Of a stretch of 40,172 nt of DNA, positions 1 through 13,642 are shown one piece after another. Source of the stretch: Catajapyx aquilonaris (taxonomy: Eukaryota). Position 1 is the first letter of the stretch; each line of letters starts with the position of its first letter. A program made the position numbers and the translations under genes. Below the pieces are notes generated by a model that had not been told where the DNA came from, did not search any database, and worked only from the letters and a program-made list of their open reading frames with translations. The stretch lies in contig KZ538920.1 in assembly GCA_000934665.2 (NCBI GenBank), positions 1 to 40,172 of the forward strand. The letters are read 5' to 3'.

Positions 1-171
1 TAATTGCAGCAGCACACAATCAGCACACAAAAGCAAACAGAATGCTTCCTAAGTTCAATGATATCTTATTATATTATGCAGAATGCAGCCATCAAGCGCG
101 CATTTAGTGAAAGGACACGATGGTTATATTTCTCCTCCGGCATGGGCAAGTCAAAAATTTCAAAAAAAAGG

Positions 172-612
172 CTTTATCGCTTACGGGGTACGCAAGGTCA
201 GCCCAGCGACCCCCACCGTAGCCAGCCAACACCCCCCAAGCCCTGTTGCCGCTGACTCGGTTCTGTCATCATGCCGTGTGGGTTGCTTAGGATAGCCAGG
301 ATAAAGCTCGTTTGCGGGGTGTATGAAACTATATGTCGTATATAGTACATTAGTATACATCAGGACCTGATAGCGAATCGCTCGGGCCCACGGGCAGGAT
401 GACAGGAGGGGATGTGCAAAGCGCAGTGCAATGTCATGAGTGAGGTCATTTTGTGAACTCCCCCGGGTGGTTTGTCTAAGGAGTCCCACCCGAGACGAAG
501 CTAGAGATGTCCCAAACTCTGCATGAGATGAAGGGGGTGTCCCCGGGCTGGGATCGGACCTGGGACCTTAACATCCATGGGCGCGTGCGTTACTGCAGCT
601 CCACTTCGCCCT
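172..612 (-). mobile_element. tRNA-derived SINE (degenerate)
   Basis: Minus-strand head GGGCGAAGTGGAGCTGCAGT (A-box-like) and GGTCCGATCCC (B-box-like); GC/CpG-rich body ending CCCCGTAAGCGATAAAGCC next to a T run. No clear TSD, so ends are approximate. Confidence 0.55.
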
Positions 613-1152
613 ACTAATTATTATTATGAGAGATACTACGGAAATATGTACAACAGAGATTCACCATTTGTCGTAGCTCCATATGTTGGATTTTTCAAAT
701 TTTTGTGCGTAGGTAGGTTGCAACACTCTTCTCCCCTTTTCTCCCACCAAGCTTCTTAACCTTCCCAGTTCCATCCCCTCTCACTTGAATCTCTCTCTCT
801 CCCCATTTCCAAACTGGCTGGCATGGCGACCAGCAGCACCAGCATTCACAGCACAGAGAAGGGAAAAAGCCATGCGGCCTAACAAAATACAGCTGCAGGC
901 CTATGGCGGACCATCTGAACAAAGACATACTTACAAGCACTTACAATACCTCTTTGAGGTATTTCTTACAATAGTTATAAATATCATCTCATAGCTGCTA
1001 CGAACTTGGCTACGAACCTTGGTGAATGGGATAGGTCACGCCACTTGCAGCAGCAGTGAATGCAGTACTACATTACAACAAAAAGCTTCCTCACGACCTT
1101 TAGTGAATCCAGCCCCAGACATGTATCAAAGGATGATTGAAACACCTCTTAC

Positions 1153-1447
1153 CTTGGTGAAATGAAATTGCAACGGGTCGTCAGTGGAGAGACTGACGCA
1201 GAGCCCTCTGGCAAGGTACTCCGGGAGAGGGTTCCGATGATAATTGAGGAAAAGTGAATTGTTGCTGAGTGGGGACATGGCAATGGGTATCTGGCAAAGG
1301 TAGTAGAGGTACTGAAGCACAGGCACCTTCCTTAACAGGAGCCCATGGGAGATGTTTTCAGCTAGCATGAACCCACACACAAGATGCTGGACGGCACCTG
1401 CCTCACCACAGTGGGGGCGAAGGACAATCGTGTTCAAACCACGCTCC
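1153..1447 (-). CDS. AMPD2: AMP deaminase constant exon 10 (gene continues beyond window start)
   Basis: ttctcag|..|gtaaga. Encodes [17 protein letters not shown]...[14 protein letters not shown], with the catalytic PHCGE and SLSTDDP signature of AMP deaminases. Confidence 0.96.
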
Positions 1448-2170
1448 CTGAGAAGTCAAAAGAAGAGCTAGTCAGGCATCATGCAGAACACTGAATGACA
1501 ACAGTTGTTGTATAACAGGAGCATGCAATACCAAACTCACAGGCAGATCAGTCTGCAACTAAATTTTAACTGGCAGAGGCGGGCAATCCCGAAATACTGT
1601 GCATAATGGAATTGAGTTCACATATGTATCTGAAGTGAAAATGCTGCAGCCTCTCCTGTGTCAAGGTGGTACTGCTGTGCCTGTGTCCATTGGCCAAGTT
1701 TGAGTGCAGGAGTAGAATTGAACTTATATTCTCACATGTAAAAACTCCCTTTGCCATGGAGCCAATGCAAATTGCAAATGTACCTGACATTTTAATTTAT
1801 ATGACTGTGAATTCAGTTACATAGAACATTCTAATTGTCATCTATCTAACTTGGTTAACTGCTTTTTTTCGTATTTCACGGCTAACTGCAGGACCGGATT
1901 TAACTTTCTGGCTATGCTTTCATAACAAGAGACCCTTTTATCTACTTTCCTAGGCATGTATCTGCTGAAGGATTGGCTTGTATCCGCAGAAGGATAGGTG
2001 TGTATCCACCAGGAAGGAAGGTTAGGTCATTGGGTAAGTTGGTGCAGCATGACCCTACCCCTGCCACATTCGGTCTCCTGTTACGAAAGTCCTTCCAACT
2101 TCTGAAGCAAAGTAGCATGCTGCTTCATTGTCAAATCATATCTTGTATGCTTTTAGCATTTGGCTTTTAC

Positions 2171-2334
2171 CTGCGGAAGTGGTTGAGCACACACAGGTTG
2201 GCATACATGTAGTACAAATAATATGCATAAGGTGGGTTTTCCTCATCAGACCACTGATTGGGAGTTGGAACATCCTTGTCAAAGGTTGGGTTCTCTGGCT
2301 TGCTTTCATCATCCACAGAGTCGAGTGCCACAAC
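2171..2334 (-). CDS. AMPD2: AMP deaminase constant exon 9
   Basis: tttcag|..|gtaaaa. Encodes [14 protein letters not shown]...[22 protein letters not shown]; phases match both neighbours. Confidence 0.96.
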
Positions 2335-2906
2335 CTGAAAACATGCACAAAGCATTATTGCTCACCAACCACAGGAAGGCAGAATAAATGGAGGAAAGGA
2401 CACATGATAAAATGGATATAAGTCTGATAATCATCAACAAAATTAAAATTTAGCAACAGCCATGCATCTGAAACCCTGCCCACTTTAATTACTTATTCCC
2501 AAAGGCAAATTCATATATTGCCACTAAGACGTTGTAAAGCTTCAGTTTTTAATCAATTTGCAGCCCACTACTAGCATTTCGAGAAGAATCTTTCTGGAAT
2601 TTGATACAAAATCATGTCGACTATTTTCAAACTGCAAAGGTTTTTATGTACTACGTCGCTCAAAAACATGTTTTTGAGCGATATAGTACCTGAAAGACAA
2701 TTTACAAATTTTTAAAAATTGACTTCACTCTTGCATGCCGTGTGATCTAATTGTCTGTTTCAGTTATGATTTTTTGACAATAAGCTGCTTATTTTTAAGC
2801 AATTACTTGTCCATGGTTGCAGTTAGTGGATATGAAAAGTAACAGGTAAAAAATACCAAGAGACAATCCAGAGTTTCAATGAAATCATGATTCTGCCTTG
2901 ACTTAC

Positions 2907-3033
2907 ATGCTGTAGGAACATGTGCAGTTCTGGATGTGACTTGGGGTCACTGGTGACCTCAAACAGTGGGCGAAAGATGTTCTCTAAGATCTCTTGAAAA
3001 TTGTGGATCAGCTTGTTTGACTTGAAGATATCA
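2907..3033 (-). CDS. AMPD2: AMP deaminase constant exon 8
   Basis: caacag|..|gtaagt. Encodes [42 protein letters not shown]; not in the ORF track (translated by hand). Confidence 0.95.
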
Positions 3034-3116
3034 CTGTTGTATAGAGAAAAATAGTGTTCAATGCTAGTTCACACAACTTACTGCATGACAGCTACCCAGA
3101 ATTAAATAGTACTCAC

Positions 3117-3412
3117 AAAAGCCTAGGAATTTGCAGTAACCAACGAACATTGGATGAGTACATGTCATTAGTGACAGCCCACTTGGCCAGCTTGTCCCAT
3201 TCTTCTGGAGAATTTCCATAAACAGACAGCCTGAGCTCTGCATTCTGATACTTGCTCTCTTCAAAGTCTGACATCACCTCTTTGATGATCCGGGCAAAGT
3301 ATTTGCCATGAATGTAATTGTCTGTTTTCATGAATACCTCCCTCAGTCGGCTCTCACCAATGGGATTATACTTGGCATTGAACTTATCGAAACGGTGGAA
3401 TGTGTTTCTGTC
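3117..3412 (-). CDS. AMPD2: AMP deaminase constant exon 7
   Basis: taacag|..|gtgagt. Encodes [32 protein letters not shown]...[14 protein letters not shown]...[10 protein letters not shown]. Confidence 0.96.
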
Positions 3413-4064
3413 CTGTTAAAAAGATTGCAATAATTTCACTCTTAGGCATATTTCCTTTTCATGCAAGAACCATTTAATATAATTTTGAACATCTCAAGGG
3501 GTCACACAGAGAGATGAGAGATGGAGAGGGACCATGTTGCTGTGCCAATTGCTTGCCTTTTTAAAACATTTTAACTCATTTAAAGTACACCACTAAAATT
3601 AGCAAGTGGATAACGAGGTATACAGTTACGATGATATAAAGGTGTGCACTTCTTCTCGGATCTAGGTTTTTTGAGATATTCTCGAGTTACTCGAGTTGAT
3701 TTTCCTAATCATGACGGAGAAAATCACATTTGAAATCCCATGGTGTCAGTGTCAATCTGTGCTTGCATAGGAATGGGTTAGTCAGGATTAGTGAGGCAGG
3801 GTAAGTACATGACACTTGGCATTATCCCCCTGTGATTGCCAAAGTCCTTATAGCCTTTACACTTCAGGATATTCAGGAGGGGATCCAATGCCAAGGCAGG
3901 GTGGTTCTACCCCACTGTGCACATGCCTACTAAACCTCTCCTGCCCAAGCATTCAAGCAAGCACAGACAGGCAGTGATCCCTTGCATTTCAATTGCTATA
4001 ATCTCCATCATGATCAACAAAATCAGTAATCAAGTAATTTGGCCTGAGAACATCTCAAAGAACT

Positions 4065-4332
4065 GGGAAGCATGGTGGAGTAGTGGTTAGTGCCACAGCC
4101 TTCCACCTCTTAGGCCCCGAGTCCAATCCCTAGGTCAGACAGGGCTTTCTCATATTGACAGAGTTTAGATGGGTTCTCTATGGGTTCGTGTGGGTTTTCT
4201 TGGGAGTTCTTCCCATTTCCTTCCACAATCTAAAGCCATCACAGCACAGTTCATTAATAAAGTCGAGAATTAAAAAGAGGATCCCCTAAGAGATCACAGG
4301 CCTGTCATGTAGTACAACGTATCATCATCACC
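4065..4332 (+). mobile_element. tRNA-derived SINE in AMPD intron
   Basis: A-box TGGAGTAGTGG, B-box-like GAGTCCAATCC, central GGGTTTTCTTGGGAGTTCTTCCCATTTCC, (CAT)n tail; degenerate direct flanks catctcaaagaact / cacctcatggaacc. Confidence 0.7.
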
Positions 4333-4621
4333 TCATGGAACCTACATCTGAGAGGGAGTGCGCACCTTTCATGCCATCCTGTATAAATTCAAGAAGTGCC
4401 ATATGAAGGTAGTACTTTACATGATTTTGTCTTGGTGTGCTGGCCAGGAATTACATTTGAAAAGGTGTATGACCATAAAAATAGTTACATGTAGCCCCAC
4501 TATTCTTCAGATCTGAGGTTCTCTCAAAGTGATAGAATCTCCAGATTCTTATGATAATCAACATACAGCCATGATTTCTCATCTTCAACTTAATGATCAT
4601 TCAACTTAAAATATCACTTAC

Positions 4622-4816
4622 AGCATGCACATCAAGCATATCCACAGTTAAGTCATATGAAGTCAGGTTCATGGACTGGAACACTTCTTTGAGCGTCATT
4701 TCTTTGCCTCCATGGCAACATACCACCTCATCAGCATGGTTCTTCAAGGTCTTTTTAATGAATCGCAGCAGGTGCTTCTGGTTCATGCATGATGCCGCAT
4801 GTATGTGGGTGTCAAC
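4622..4816 (-). CDS. AMPD2: AMP deaminase constant exon 6
   Basis: aaacag|..|gtaagt. Encodes [22 protein letters not shown]...[11 protein letters not shown], containing the HxH zinc ligands. Confidence 0.97.
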
Positions 4817-4881
4817 CTGTTTTCAAAGTAATGAATGGAAAATAAGCCCTTTGGCAAAAAACTCATAATTCAAGAAAATAC

Positions 4882-5011
4882 CTTTCTGATGTTATAGAAA
4901 TCCCTATGAGGTACCAACTTTTGGGCTGTCAGTTCACGCATTTCATTTAATAGGACATGAAGCTGGTATTTTGATGATAGGTAGGTCAATCGCCGGTAGC
5001 AAAATGACTTT
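4882..5011 (-). CDS. AMPD2: AMP deaminase constant exon 5
   Basis: ctgcag|..|gtattt. Encodes [43 protein letters not shown]; followed by a 65-nt intron. Confidence 0.96.
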
Positions 5012-5090
5012 CTGCAGATTGATACAGAAATAGAATGAGTTCAGAAGGTCTCTGCATGTAAAAACATTTGAAATTCTGCAAGCAACTTAC

Positions 5091-5310
5091 AAGGGTCCAT
5101 CGGCAATCATAGCACACATCAAATTCATGTCACTGACAAATGTGGTGAGGTTTGGAAAATGGTAGTCATTAGGCTCATTTTTCTCTAAGGCCTCAGCATC
5201 CCGAAAAACTTGGTACACTCCATCAACCATCTTCAGAATATAACCTTTGTCTGGTAGAAACTCACAACTAAAGGCATTTCCCACTGATTTAGGGGGGTGA
5301 ATAGGGTGGT
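5091..5310 (-). CDS. AMPD2: AMP deaminase constant exon 4
   Basis: tttcag|..|gtaagt. Encodes DHPIHPPKSVGNAF...FVSDMNLMCAMIADGPL. Confidence 0.94.
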
Positions 5311-5348
5311 CTGAAATAAATATTCATTTGAATAGCAATGAGGAAAGA

Positions 5349-5397
<49 letters not shown>
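5349..5397. repeat. (ATT)n microsatellite
   Basis: About 16 tandem ATT units, read directly. Confidence 0.95.
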
Positions 5398-5398
<1 letters not shown>

Positions 5399-5968
5399 GG
5401 AACGGATTTTTAGGTTCTAAAAAACTCTCTAATAGGTAGGCATTAGGCCCTGAAAACAGTCAAAATAGGCTCTTAATCGGCAGTAAAAATCAAGCAGGCC
5501 CTAATTTATTTTCATTTCTACTCAATATTACAGCCTATTTCTGGCCATGGAATTTTGCAGCATAGTAACAAACTAGCAGTTGTTCCATATTTTCGTTGGT
5601 TAATCGCAGTTATTCAGCGACGCCTGTCTAAAAATACATTTCTACACACTAAAAATAACCTTATGACATCACACAAACCAACTGGATCATACTTAAAAAG
5701 TGAAAGTCTTCTCCAGTCAGTTCATCCGACATGCCTACAGCTTCTTCGCCCTTCACAGATGGAAGTGGGAAGGATGAGTTGAACAGAAAACCCAAAGAAC
5801 TCTCAAAACTCTTACAAAACGCCGTCAAAAAGGTGTTAATAGGCGATAGTAAGCCATTTACATTCCAATGCCCGAAATAGGCAATTTTAGGTTCTATAAA
5901 ACTATGATTTTTGAGGTCCCCTGCCTACAAAATAAGAAGTAGGTAAAAACCTAGAAATCCATTCTCTA
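5396..5968. mobile_element. Degenerate non-autonomous TIR element (MITE)
   Basis: Imperfect terminal inverted repeats taaggaacggatttttagg / cctagaaatccattctcta, with repeated subterminal ATAGG/CCTAT motifs. Confidence 0.5.
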
Positions 5969-6970
5969 AATATTATAGTGACACATGCTGCTCTCCCAAT
6001 GAGTGCAGTCTATGGAAAGAGCATTTCCACAGAGGAAGGCCTGCAGAGTTGCAAAGAAAGAACTACTGTCTATCTGTACAGCAAGATCTTGTGATTGACC
6101 TCTTGACGATTACTTTTACAAACCATTGACAATGTCAGTTTTCTATTTTCCGCACCTACAGGTGAGGCAGCTAACAATCAAAATGTACAATATAAGAAAC
6201 ATTTAAATTAGTCTGATAGCATAGGTATTAGAATGACGGTGTGAAAAAACCCAGTTGCTCTCTTGAATTTTCAGAAGCCCATCACCACAACATCACAGTG
6301 TGAAGTCATGAAATTGTGATGGTGATATTATTTACACAGGTGACAATGAGTGAACATGAAAATTGGGACAGACTGTATGTACATATTTGCAAGACTATGG
6401 TACGACCATCACACCCACGTCTCCTAGTGGAGTTATCAGTCACTGCCACAATTAGTACAGGAGTGGTGGAAAGGAATGCATGTGCAGTTGAAGGTATTCA
6501 AACTCCCTTGACCCATTTTGATAGAATGTATTGATTTTTCAGAAAGATTCAAAAAATGTTAAGTAAAAAAGCCACGGACAAAAAAATCACTCCGAAAGCT
6601 GAAGAGGACGATAGTGTTAATGGAACAAATAATGTGTGCATAATGGCTCAAGGAGCCAACACCATCCAGCCAACTATTAAATTACAGATGGCTGAGATTT
6701 TTTTGGTAATACCTGTCTCGTTATGGCCACTGGTGTGCCTTTCCCTGACACCTTCAAGAGACAGAGCACATTAGTATCGCAACTATGCATAAAATCCTAC
6801 AGTATACCCCGCTGCACCAAAAATTGCTTCCTTTTAAAAATCAAAAATATCGAAATTCAACCACATAAGAGGGACTAATATGGAGAGCAAACACTAGTCA
6901 GTGTGGTACAAAAGTGACTCTGGTACCTTGATGCAATGTATTGCACAGCTATCATATAAAATGACTGTAC

Positions 6971-7157
6971 CTGCTAGAGTCTTCCTGTCCTCATGGATTA
7001 TAGGTTCAACTCCCTCAACCGAACATCCATGCACAGAACGTAGGAATCTGGAAGTTATACTTGGGAAGCTCTGATGTGAAAGTGCAAGATACCTCTCCCG
7101 GATGCTCAATGCTTGCACAAGTAGGCGAGATGCTTGCAGCAGATCCTCCACATATAC
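6971..7157 (-). CDS. AMPD2: AMP deaminase constant exon 3
   Basis: tgacag|..|gtacag. Encodes VYVEDLLQASRLLVQALSIRERYLALSHQSFPSITSRFL...HEDRKTLA. Confidence 0.93.
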
Positions 7158-7337
7158 CTGTCATTACAAGATTATGCCATTAAATCAATGCCTAGAAATG
7201 TTTCATAGAGGCTTGATGGGTGTATGTATTACTGTTGCCAAACAAATTAAGACACCTCATATTTCAAGTCTCCAAGTTCCCTGATGTCACTTGATGTAAC
7301 AGGAACATACAGCAGTGTCATGACATCAAGTGCTACG

Positions 7338-7782
7338 CAGGGTGAAGGAATTCTCGCAGACAATCGCCAGGTAGACTGATAGTGCTCGTAAAACTAATAA
7401 AGGGATGTGCAAATATAGTTTTGGGCGCCTATGCGTAGCTAATGCGTACAGCACCGTTAAAGTGTAGTGTTAGATGGTGCCATATGAGATAAACAAAGGA
7501 AAAGTGCATGGGTGTCACACCCAGATTCTTACTCTGACGTGATTTGAATCCCTATTGCACATGGACGATGCGTTAGGAGACCAAGGCCGGATTATTTGGA
7601 GGTTCTCGAGCTGACTTTTGCATCTTTGGAACTGGCGAAGCAGATGTGACGTCACGAAACTTTAATGGTGCCGTGCGGATTAACTACGCAACAGAGCCCA
7701 AAAATCATTGCACATCCTTATATTAGTTTTGCGAGTCCTGTCAGGTTACCTGGCGATTGTCCGCAAGAATTCCTTCACCATG
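7338..7782. mobile_element. Tc1/mariner-type foldback MITE (family A, uninterrupted copy)
   Basis: ~125-bp imperfect TIRs starting CAGGGTGAAGGAATTCT; right end followed by TA; colinear with the copy at 23897-24849. Confidence 0.85.
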
Positions 7783-8014
7783 TATATTCATACTGAAACC
7801 AATGCAGCACCAGTTTTCCAGAACACTCGTTGGATTCTTTAACATTAATCACCTTCATCTTTCCGACCAATATAGTTGACCCTGTAATACAAAGGTGACT
7901 GAACCAATAGCAGGTCTGTGAAGGTGGATGAATTCAGTGCTTATCTCCCTTTAGGAATATATATGTTCAACTTGGTTCCATGACACTGAAGGTAATCCAT
8001 CGAGTCAAACTTAC

Positions 8015-8171
8015 GCCACTGGTGTCCTCCCCGCTGACAGACACTCGCTGGAAATGAGGCACAAAATCATGTTCATCCAAACGAAAGGCATTCCCGGCTT
8101 CAGTCTCATCTTCAACAGGCCCCACAGATGGTTCATAGTGACTCTTCCTTTCCTCCAAATCTTTGGCGGCC
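8015..8171 (-). CDS. AMPD2: AMP deaminase constant exon 2
   Basis: ctgcag|..|gtaagt. Encodes AAKDLEERKSHYE...DEHDFVPHFQRVSVSGEDTSG; the FQRVxISGE-type motif is typical of animal AMPD N-termini. Confidence 0.93.
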
Positions 8172-9028
8172 CTGCAGACACAATGGGATACAGATGGAAA
8201 GTCATTATTAGCAATTGTCAGCTATTAATAATGCAACCATGCAATACTGATGAAATGGAGGCCAAAGAGACACAAATTGACGTCATCACAATGAAAGACA
8301 TCACTGAATGAACCTCAACTTTATGAATTAGATGGGAGGTTTAAAAGGGGGCTTGTCTTCTTTCTATTGGGGCACTGTGCAGCAGAAAGTTTGATTAGCA
8401 GGGAGGTTCCTGGTGACATGGGGCTGTAAATAGCGCTTGTTTTCTTTGGTGTTCAGAGAAAGGACCCATTGTTTTTCTCAGCAGAGCCACACCCGCGAGT
8501 CACCCTGACATGTTGCCTAATTTGCGCCTGCTCTCATTTGCAACAATCCTAAATGTATTGCATGCTCGCTAATACAATTAACCCAATTTGGTAGATGAAA
8601 AAATCTTTGACTCCCGTGATGACGACAACGTGACACATTGCATGCATCAGAGCACACAGCATCAAAGTATGAATGCACACTTACTGCTTTTCTACTCCTT
8701 TGCTACTGCCATATAGTAAGGGAATATAACAAAGTGTTAGTACGTATGTGTCATGATTTTAGACTATTGTGTTACACATGTCACATGTGAGCAAAAATGA
8801 ACACAGTTTGAGAATCACCATGGCTGCTAACACAACCACTTCTGATAATAGCCAATTTCTTGCATGTCCTCAATAGTGGCACTTTGCGACATGATATCAG
8901 CAGCCCGAAAAAATTAAGTTTAACAATTAGGGAGAGTACGTGGGTAGGGACCAGTGCACGCTAAAAGCTTAATATTGTAGAGACTTGATCGGGAGCCCAC
9001 CACCCCAGCACATGTACTGTAAACCCAC

Positions 9029-9242
9029 CTGACACTCAGCTGCCTCTGAAGGGCCAGCTTATTCTCCAACTGCTCAATCGGGAACTGCGGAACCTCATAT
9101 GGGGCCGAGATCTCATTTGCGAGGTTGCCCCTGGACAGAATGGTCCCGGCCAACTCCTCGTACTTCTCGTCCAGGTTTGCGTTGCGTACGATCCTTGGCA
9201 GTTGGAACGTCGTCGGGCTTCCGTAAGTCGGACTCTCGCTTC
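9029..9242 (-). CDS. AMPD2: AMP deaminase constant exon 1 (shared phase-1 acceptor, no Met)
   Basis: tttatctttcag|GA..AG|gtgggt. Encodes (G)SESPTYGSP...EISAPYEVPQFPIEQLENKLALQRQLSV; phase joins the exon at 8171. Confidence 0.9.
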
Positions 9243-11235
9243 CTGAAAGATAAAAAAAAAACACCGTCCAGATTAGACACTTCCAACCAACAGTTTTAAA
9301 ATCGGCGCCACACCGTCCACTAAACTAATCCACATTACCGTACTTGAATCCCTCAACAGCCGAGCATCTTTCTTGACCTGCCGCAAGTTACGTAAGCAGC
9401 GTGTAATTATGAACGTGATTGTAGAGCAGATGATAGTAGGTGTTGGCGCGTAGGGCTCTGGTGCTGAACTGTACGGGCCCCAACCGCTGCTTCCTCTACT
9501 CATAACGATTTTATTTTGGCCCCTTTTGGGCCTTGCGCAAGGACACACTCTCCTCTACACATGAAAATCTAGAAGCATTTTGACGTCACTAACGCGCCGC
9601 TTTTTTATGCATATGAATCGTATTTTTTTCTGCTCCTCTGACCCTAAGGAGCCAGCTTGTGGCCTAGCCAAAACGGTCGTATTCGCGAATATTACATGGG
9701 TCGTAAATTTTAGATGCGTCGCCAATGCATGTCTCAGCTACTTCCTCGTCAAGCAGGTTTCCTGGAGTACACATTTGTCACCCTTACGTAATCCGCGGTT
9801 TACAGTCAACACTTATGGTAAACTGAGATGCGAAATATATCATTATGTGGGCAGCCAAATGATCAAAATATTATTCTTCAAAGGGTTGGTACAGGCCAAC
9901 AATATTTGTTTATAGTAAGTTGACTGATACACTTGACACCCACACCGAACAAAAAGTTCCAAGGATTAGTTCCGTCACTCTTGTGGAATTTATTACCGCG
10001 CCACCTTTGGGAAGCATTGTTCTCATGGACCCAACAAGTTGACCCCAAGCCGCTGGGTGACATTGCATCATGTTTGTTTATCCCAGCAAATTGCTTCCTC
10101 CGTATCCGAAACTGCGCGCCTCCTCAACGGACTGGGGGAAAAAAAAAAAATCCGAACATGAATTATCGCGACGAGGCTCATTTTCGAGAAGTTGAGTTCG
10201 GAAATCGATATTCCATATCAGAATATTGCTGACGCCACTATTGGTGCGACCTCCCCATTTTGCTTACAGTACGTACTTGACAAGACCGTAATGGAAGAAG
10301 CCCTGCCGCCATGCGCCTTTTATTTCTGCCTCATAAAGAAAGCAACGGGCGATAAAAAGGTTGCTCAAAACGCAACATTCTTCTATAGCATGAGAATAAA
10401 AACACAGTATTGATACTATAGGCACTAAAGAAATGTCACCAGTAGATTTTGAACTAATCATTAATTAGGAGAATACTGTAACACTCAAGTGTATACTCAT
10501 TATTCCGATAAGTCAATTAGTACCAGATAATGTATCTGCAATGTATACACTCAAAGTGATGCGCATTCATCCATTTATTTACTATACCAAGCGCGGTGCA
10601 AAGTACTATCGCACATATTGGGCAACAAGATTTACTCCTGCTTATGGAGGATTCTAGGTTTTTTTTTTCCAGTCTCTCTGGTGCAATAGTCGTGTAATTT
10701 AGCTTCAGAGGACAAGCCAAGGGCACTGTATAAGGAAAATAATGTATGGAGAGGGGGGAAACAATTTTCGGTGCTGAACCTGTCACGTTTTCCATTAGTT
10801 TTAGGAAATGTGATAGGCTGCGCTTGGCCTGCAGGCTGCGACTAGCATAGAAATTCGTGCATTGCAGAGGGATGCTAACAATATCTCATCAGTTAACTGC
10901 AGCTATTTCCTGCACGCCAATAAACTGATTGATACTTTGTGTGCACCAGCATTCATAATAGACTGTACGTGAGTCGACATCAAATTTCGCCCGGTTATAT
11001 GCAACTCGAATACCCCTCCTCGCATGCAGTGTAGACCAATCCAAAACGCATCGGGGCAACCAATTTGTCTGCAAACTGTCCCCTTCCATGTACCGCCTTA
11101 TCGCTTGGTATGCAGATGAAACCCATAGCGACAATTCTAATGAGATTACATCATGAGGGCGATAGGGCCATGGCCCATCCTACGACACTCAAGAGAAGAA
11201 CAATGGGTGAGGTCAAGTTGTCTCGCTGAACTCAC

Positions 11236-11458
11236 CCACAATGGTTCCAAACATGCTGGATTCAGCATACTGACTGCATCCAAGTAGCCAGAGCATCAGA
11301 TGCTCCAAGTTATTCATATCCGAGTCTGTTTCTCCTCGGGCCATCATCTGCTTGCCCAGGTCATTGTCATCATCATCACCGTCGGGAGGGCCATGCTCGC
11401 TCCTTTTGTCCCATGGTTCGCCATTTCCGGCACAGTCGGCCCCCAACCCGACCTCCAT
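11236..11458 (-). CDS. AMPD2: Candidate alternative first coding exon A of AMPD
   Basis: aagATGg after an in-frame stop; 74 codons + G then consensus donor GTGAGT. Encodes MEVGLGADCAGNGEPW...SSMFGTIV(G); phase 1 fits the 9242 acceptor. Confidence 0.7.
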
Positions 11459-13642
11459 CTTCGGGACACTCTATTGTGACCTTCTGCTTTTATTCAGAAC
11501 CTCCTCCCTCCCACACGATCCAACGTGATGCTGCTGCTGCTACCACCGATGACCTCCAAGACTGGTCACAGATTATCAGGAAGACTCGGTGACCTCACAG
11601 GGGCTCCCTTGAAAACGACTGAGGCACGTTCCTATAAAATGGTATTGGCCAAGAGCAGGGAGAAAATCAGCTGGAAGTCGGCCAATATGGCGAAACAGTG
11701 CGTGGTGATATTATTCCCCCATATCATTCGATTGTTGACTCGATTTTTTTTTCTGACTATTTTGACAGGACCCGGTTTGACACCCACGGTACTACCGGTT
11801 ATAAATAGCTAACTGTATGAAAAATATACGAGTTACTCATCCAATAGCGATAACAGCAAATCGGGGGGTCCGATCTGACAAAACATGATATTGGAATGCG
11901 GTGACATTGAGGTGCAAATAATGGAATCAGGGAGTGAATCAAGGTCAAATCGGCCAACTCCACCTGCCATACCAGTCTGAGGATAAACAATTCCCCGCCC
12001 CTGGCCAATCCACTAAAAGCACTGAGCGAACCAGAGGGCTCCTGTCAAGAGCAGCGCCCGATCTCAACTAAAGTTTTGTCACGCACGTCACTCTTGTTTT
12101 GTACCATTCCTTACAAGAGGCTGGTCACGCATGCTCCATACATTGGTTATGCACCCCACACCACCCCATTCCTTCCAATCTTCAACCACCGACCAATGGT
12201 ATTGTCTCGGGGCGTCCACGCCACTGGCACAACTCCAAATTTGCACGCATCTTACGCACAGATCTTCGGACCACCTGGGATGAAGATGGTCCTCTTCCGT
12301 CCAAGTTCAGCCTGTTCTTCCGGTATTCTTGGGAATCAATGTCCTCTGTAGGAATCCCACTCTTCCAAGGCTAACTCCACCGATTTTCTTGCTGGAAAGT
12401 GGAGCACTCAGTGTCTGTGGTCCTATTCTTGCATAACGTTTGTGGCACACCTTGGGTGAACCATGTCCTTATTTGACCCAAATTGGCGGGTCAGGGCATT
12501 CGACGTTCTCTAAGAATAGACGACTCCAATTTATACGTGCCGGACACGCTAGTGTCACACTTCGTTGTCTTCTGAGGACCGGGTCGTCGTAGGTTGGCCA
12601 ACTATATACCTGAATAGCCCTCCCTTTATGGTGGTAAAGCTAACATGCCATGATCCCTATCACTATAATAGGGATCAGACTAATTACGTGCAAGAATATA
12701 CCGGCGTGTCGTTTCTGTGGTATTAAATCCCCTGCCGAAGGTTGCAAGGTCAAGGTTATGTGACCACATGCGACGTCAGAAGGTAATACCGATACACATG
12801 AACGGCGTCGTTTGGGTAAGCCACTCAATCACGGAAAGGGGTGGGGGGTGCATTGGTCTCACGAAACCCCATACAGTACACGACGTCAATCGCATTGCCA
12901 TCACATTTTTGCCACCGGTAAGTCGCTACTCTACTATGGTCTTCAGATATGTCTGGCCGGAATGGTAAATCCAGAACAAGTGGTTATTCACATATGATTA
13001 ACATCTTGTTCAGGATTTACTGGGGAAGTGTACACACGACGAACTTCGTGTATTAGCAAGATGCAAGCTTTCTCCATTAAATCAGAAGCCGCTCTTGAAT
13101 TTCTCTCGTTCTCTGATTGGACACAAAAATTTGCTCATTGTCATCTTGCTCCCATTGCCCTAGTTCCGACATGACGTGACCTACCCCCCGCATTTTTGCG
13201 AAACCCGCCACTTCCAAACAGCCTTGGCACTTGCTAGAAACCAGCGGTGTGTCCATTCGCAGCCATTTGGAGCGCCACTGTGATTCATCAAGCGCCGAGG
13301 TAAACAGAAATAATGTGCCCAGCGCTGACTATTTTCGGACTAACCCTTTCGCCATACCCTTACACACAACTTCGCAGTTTTTCGTCTTTTTTTCACGGAG
13401 AGGCCACACACCGGAGATAACATGTAACACGCAACGTCCGGTGCTATGCTAACGGTATCTGAAGATTATTTACAGATCGGATCATTACGTAATCCATAAG
13501 CTATATATCACGATGGGAGTATGATCGCCTCCCGTAACATGCTATACTAACCTCTACTGGCGATTAGTGGAAAAGGTTCTTCCACCCTTTCCTCCGAATC
13601 CGTCTTGGTTAGAACTGCGAAACCACGGGAGCTCATTGTTAC

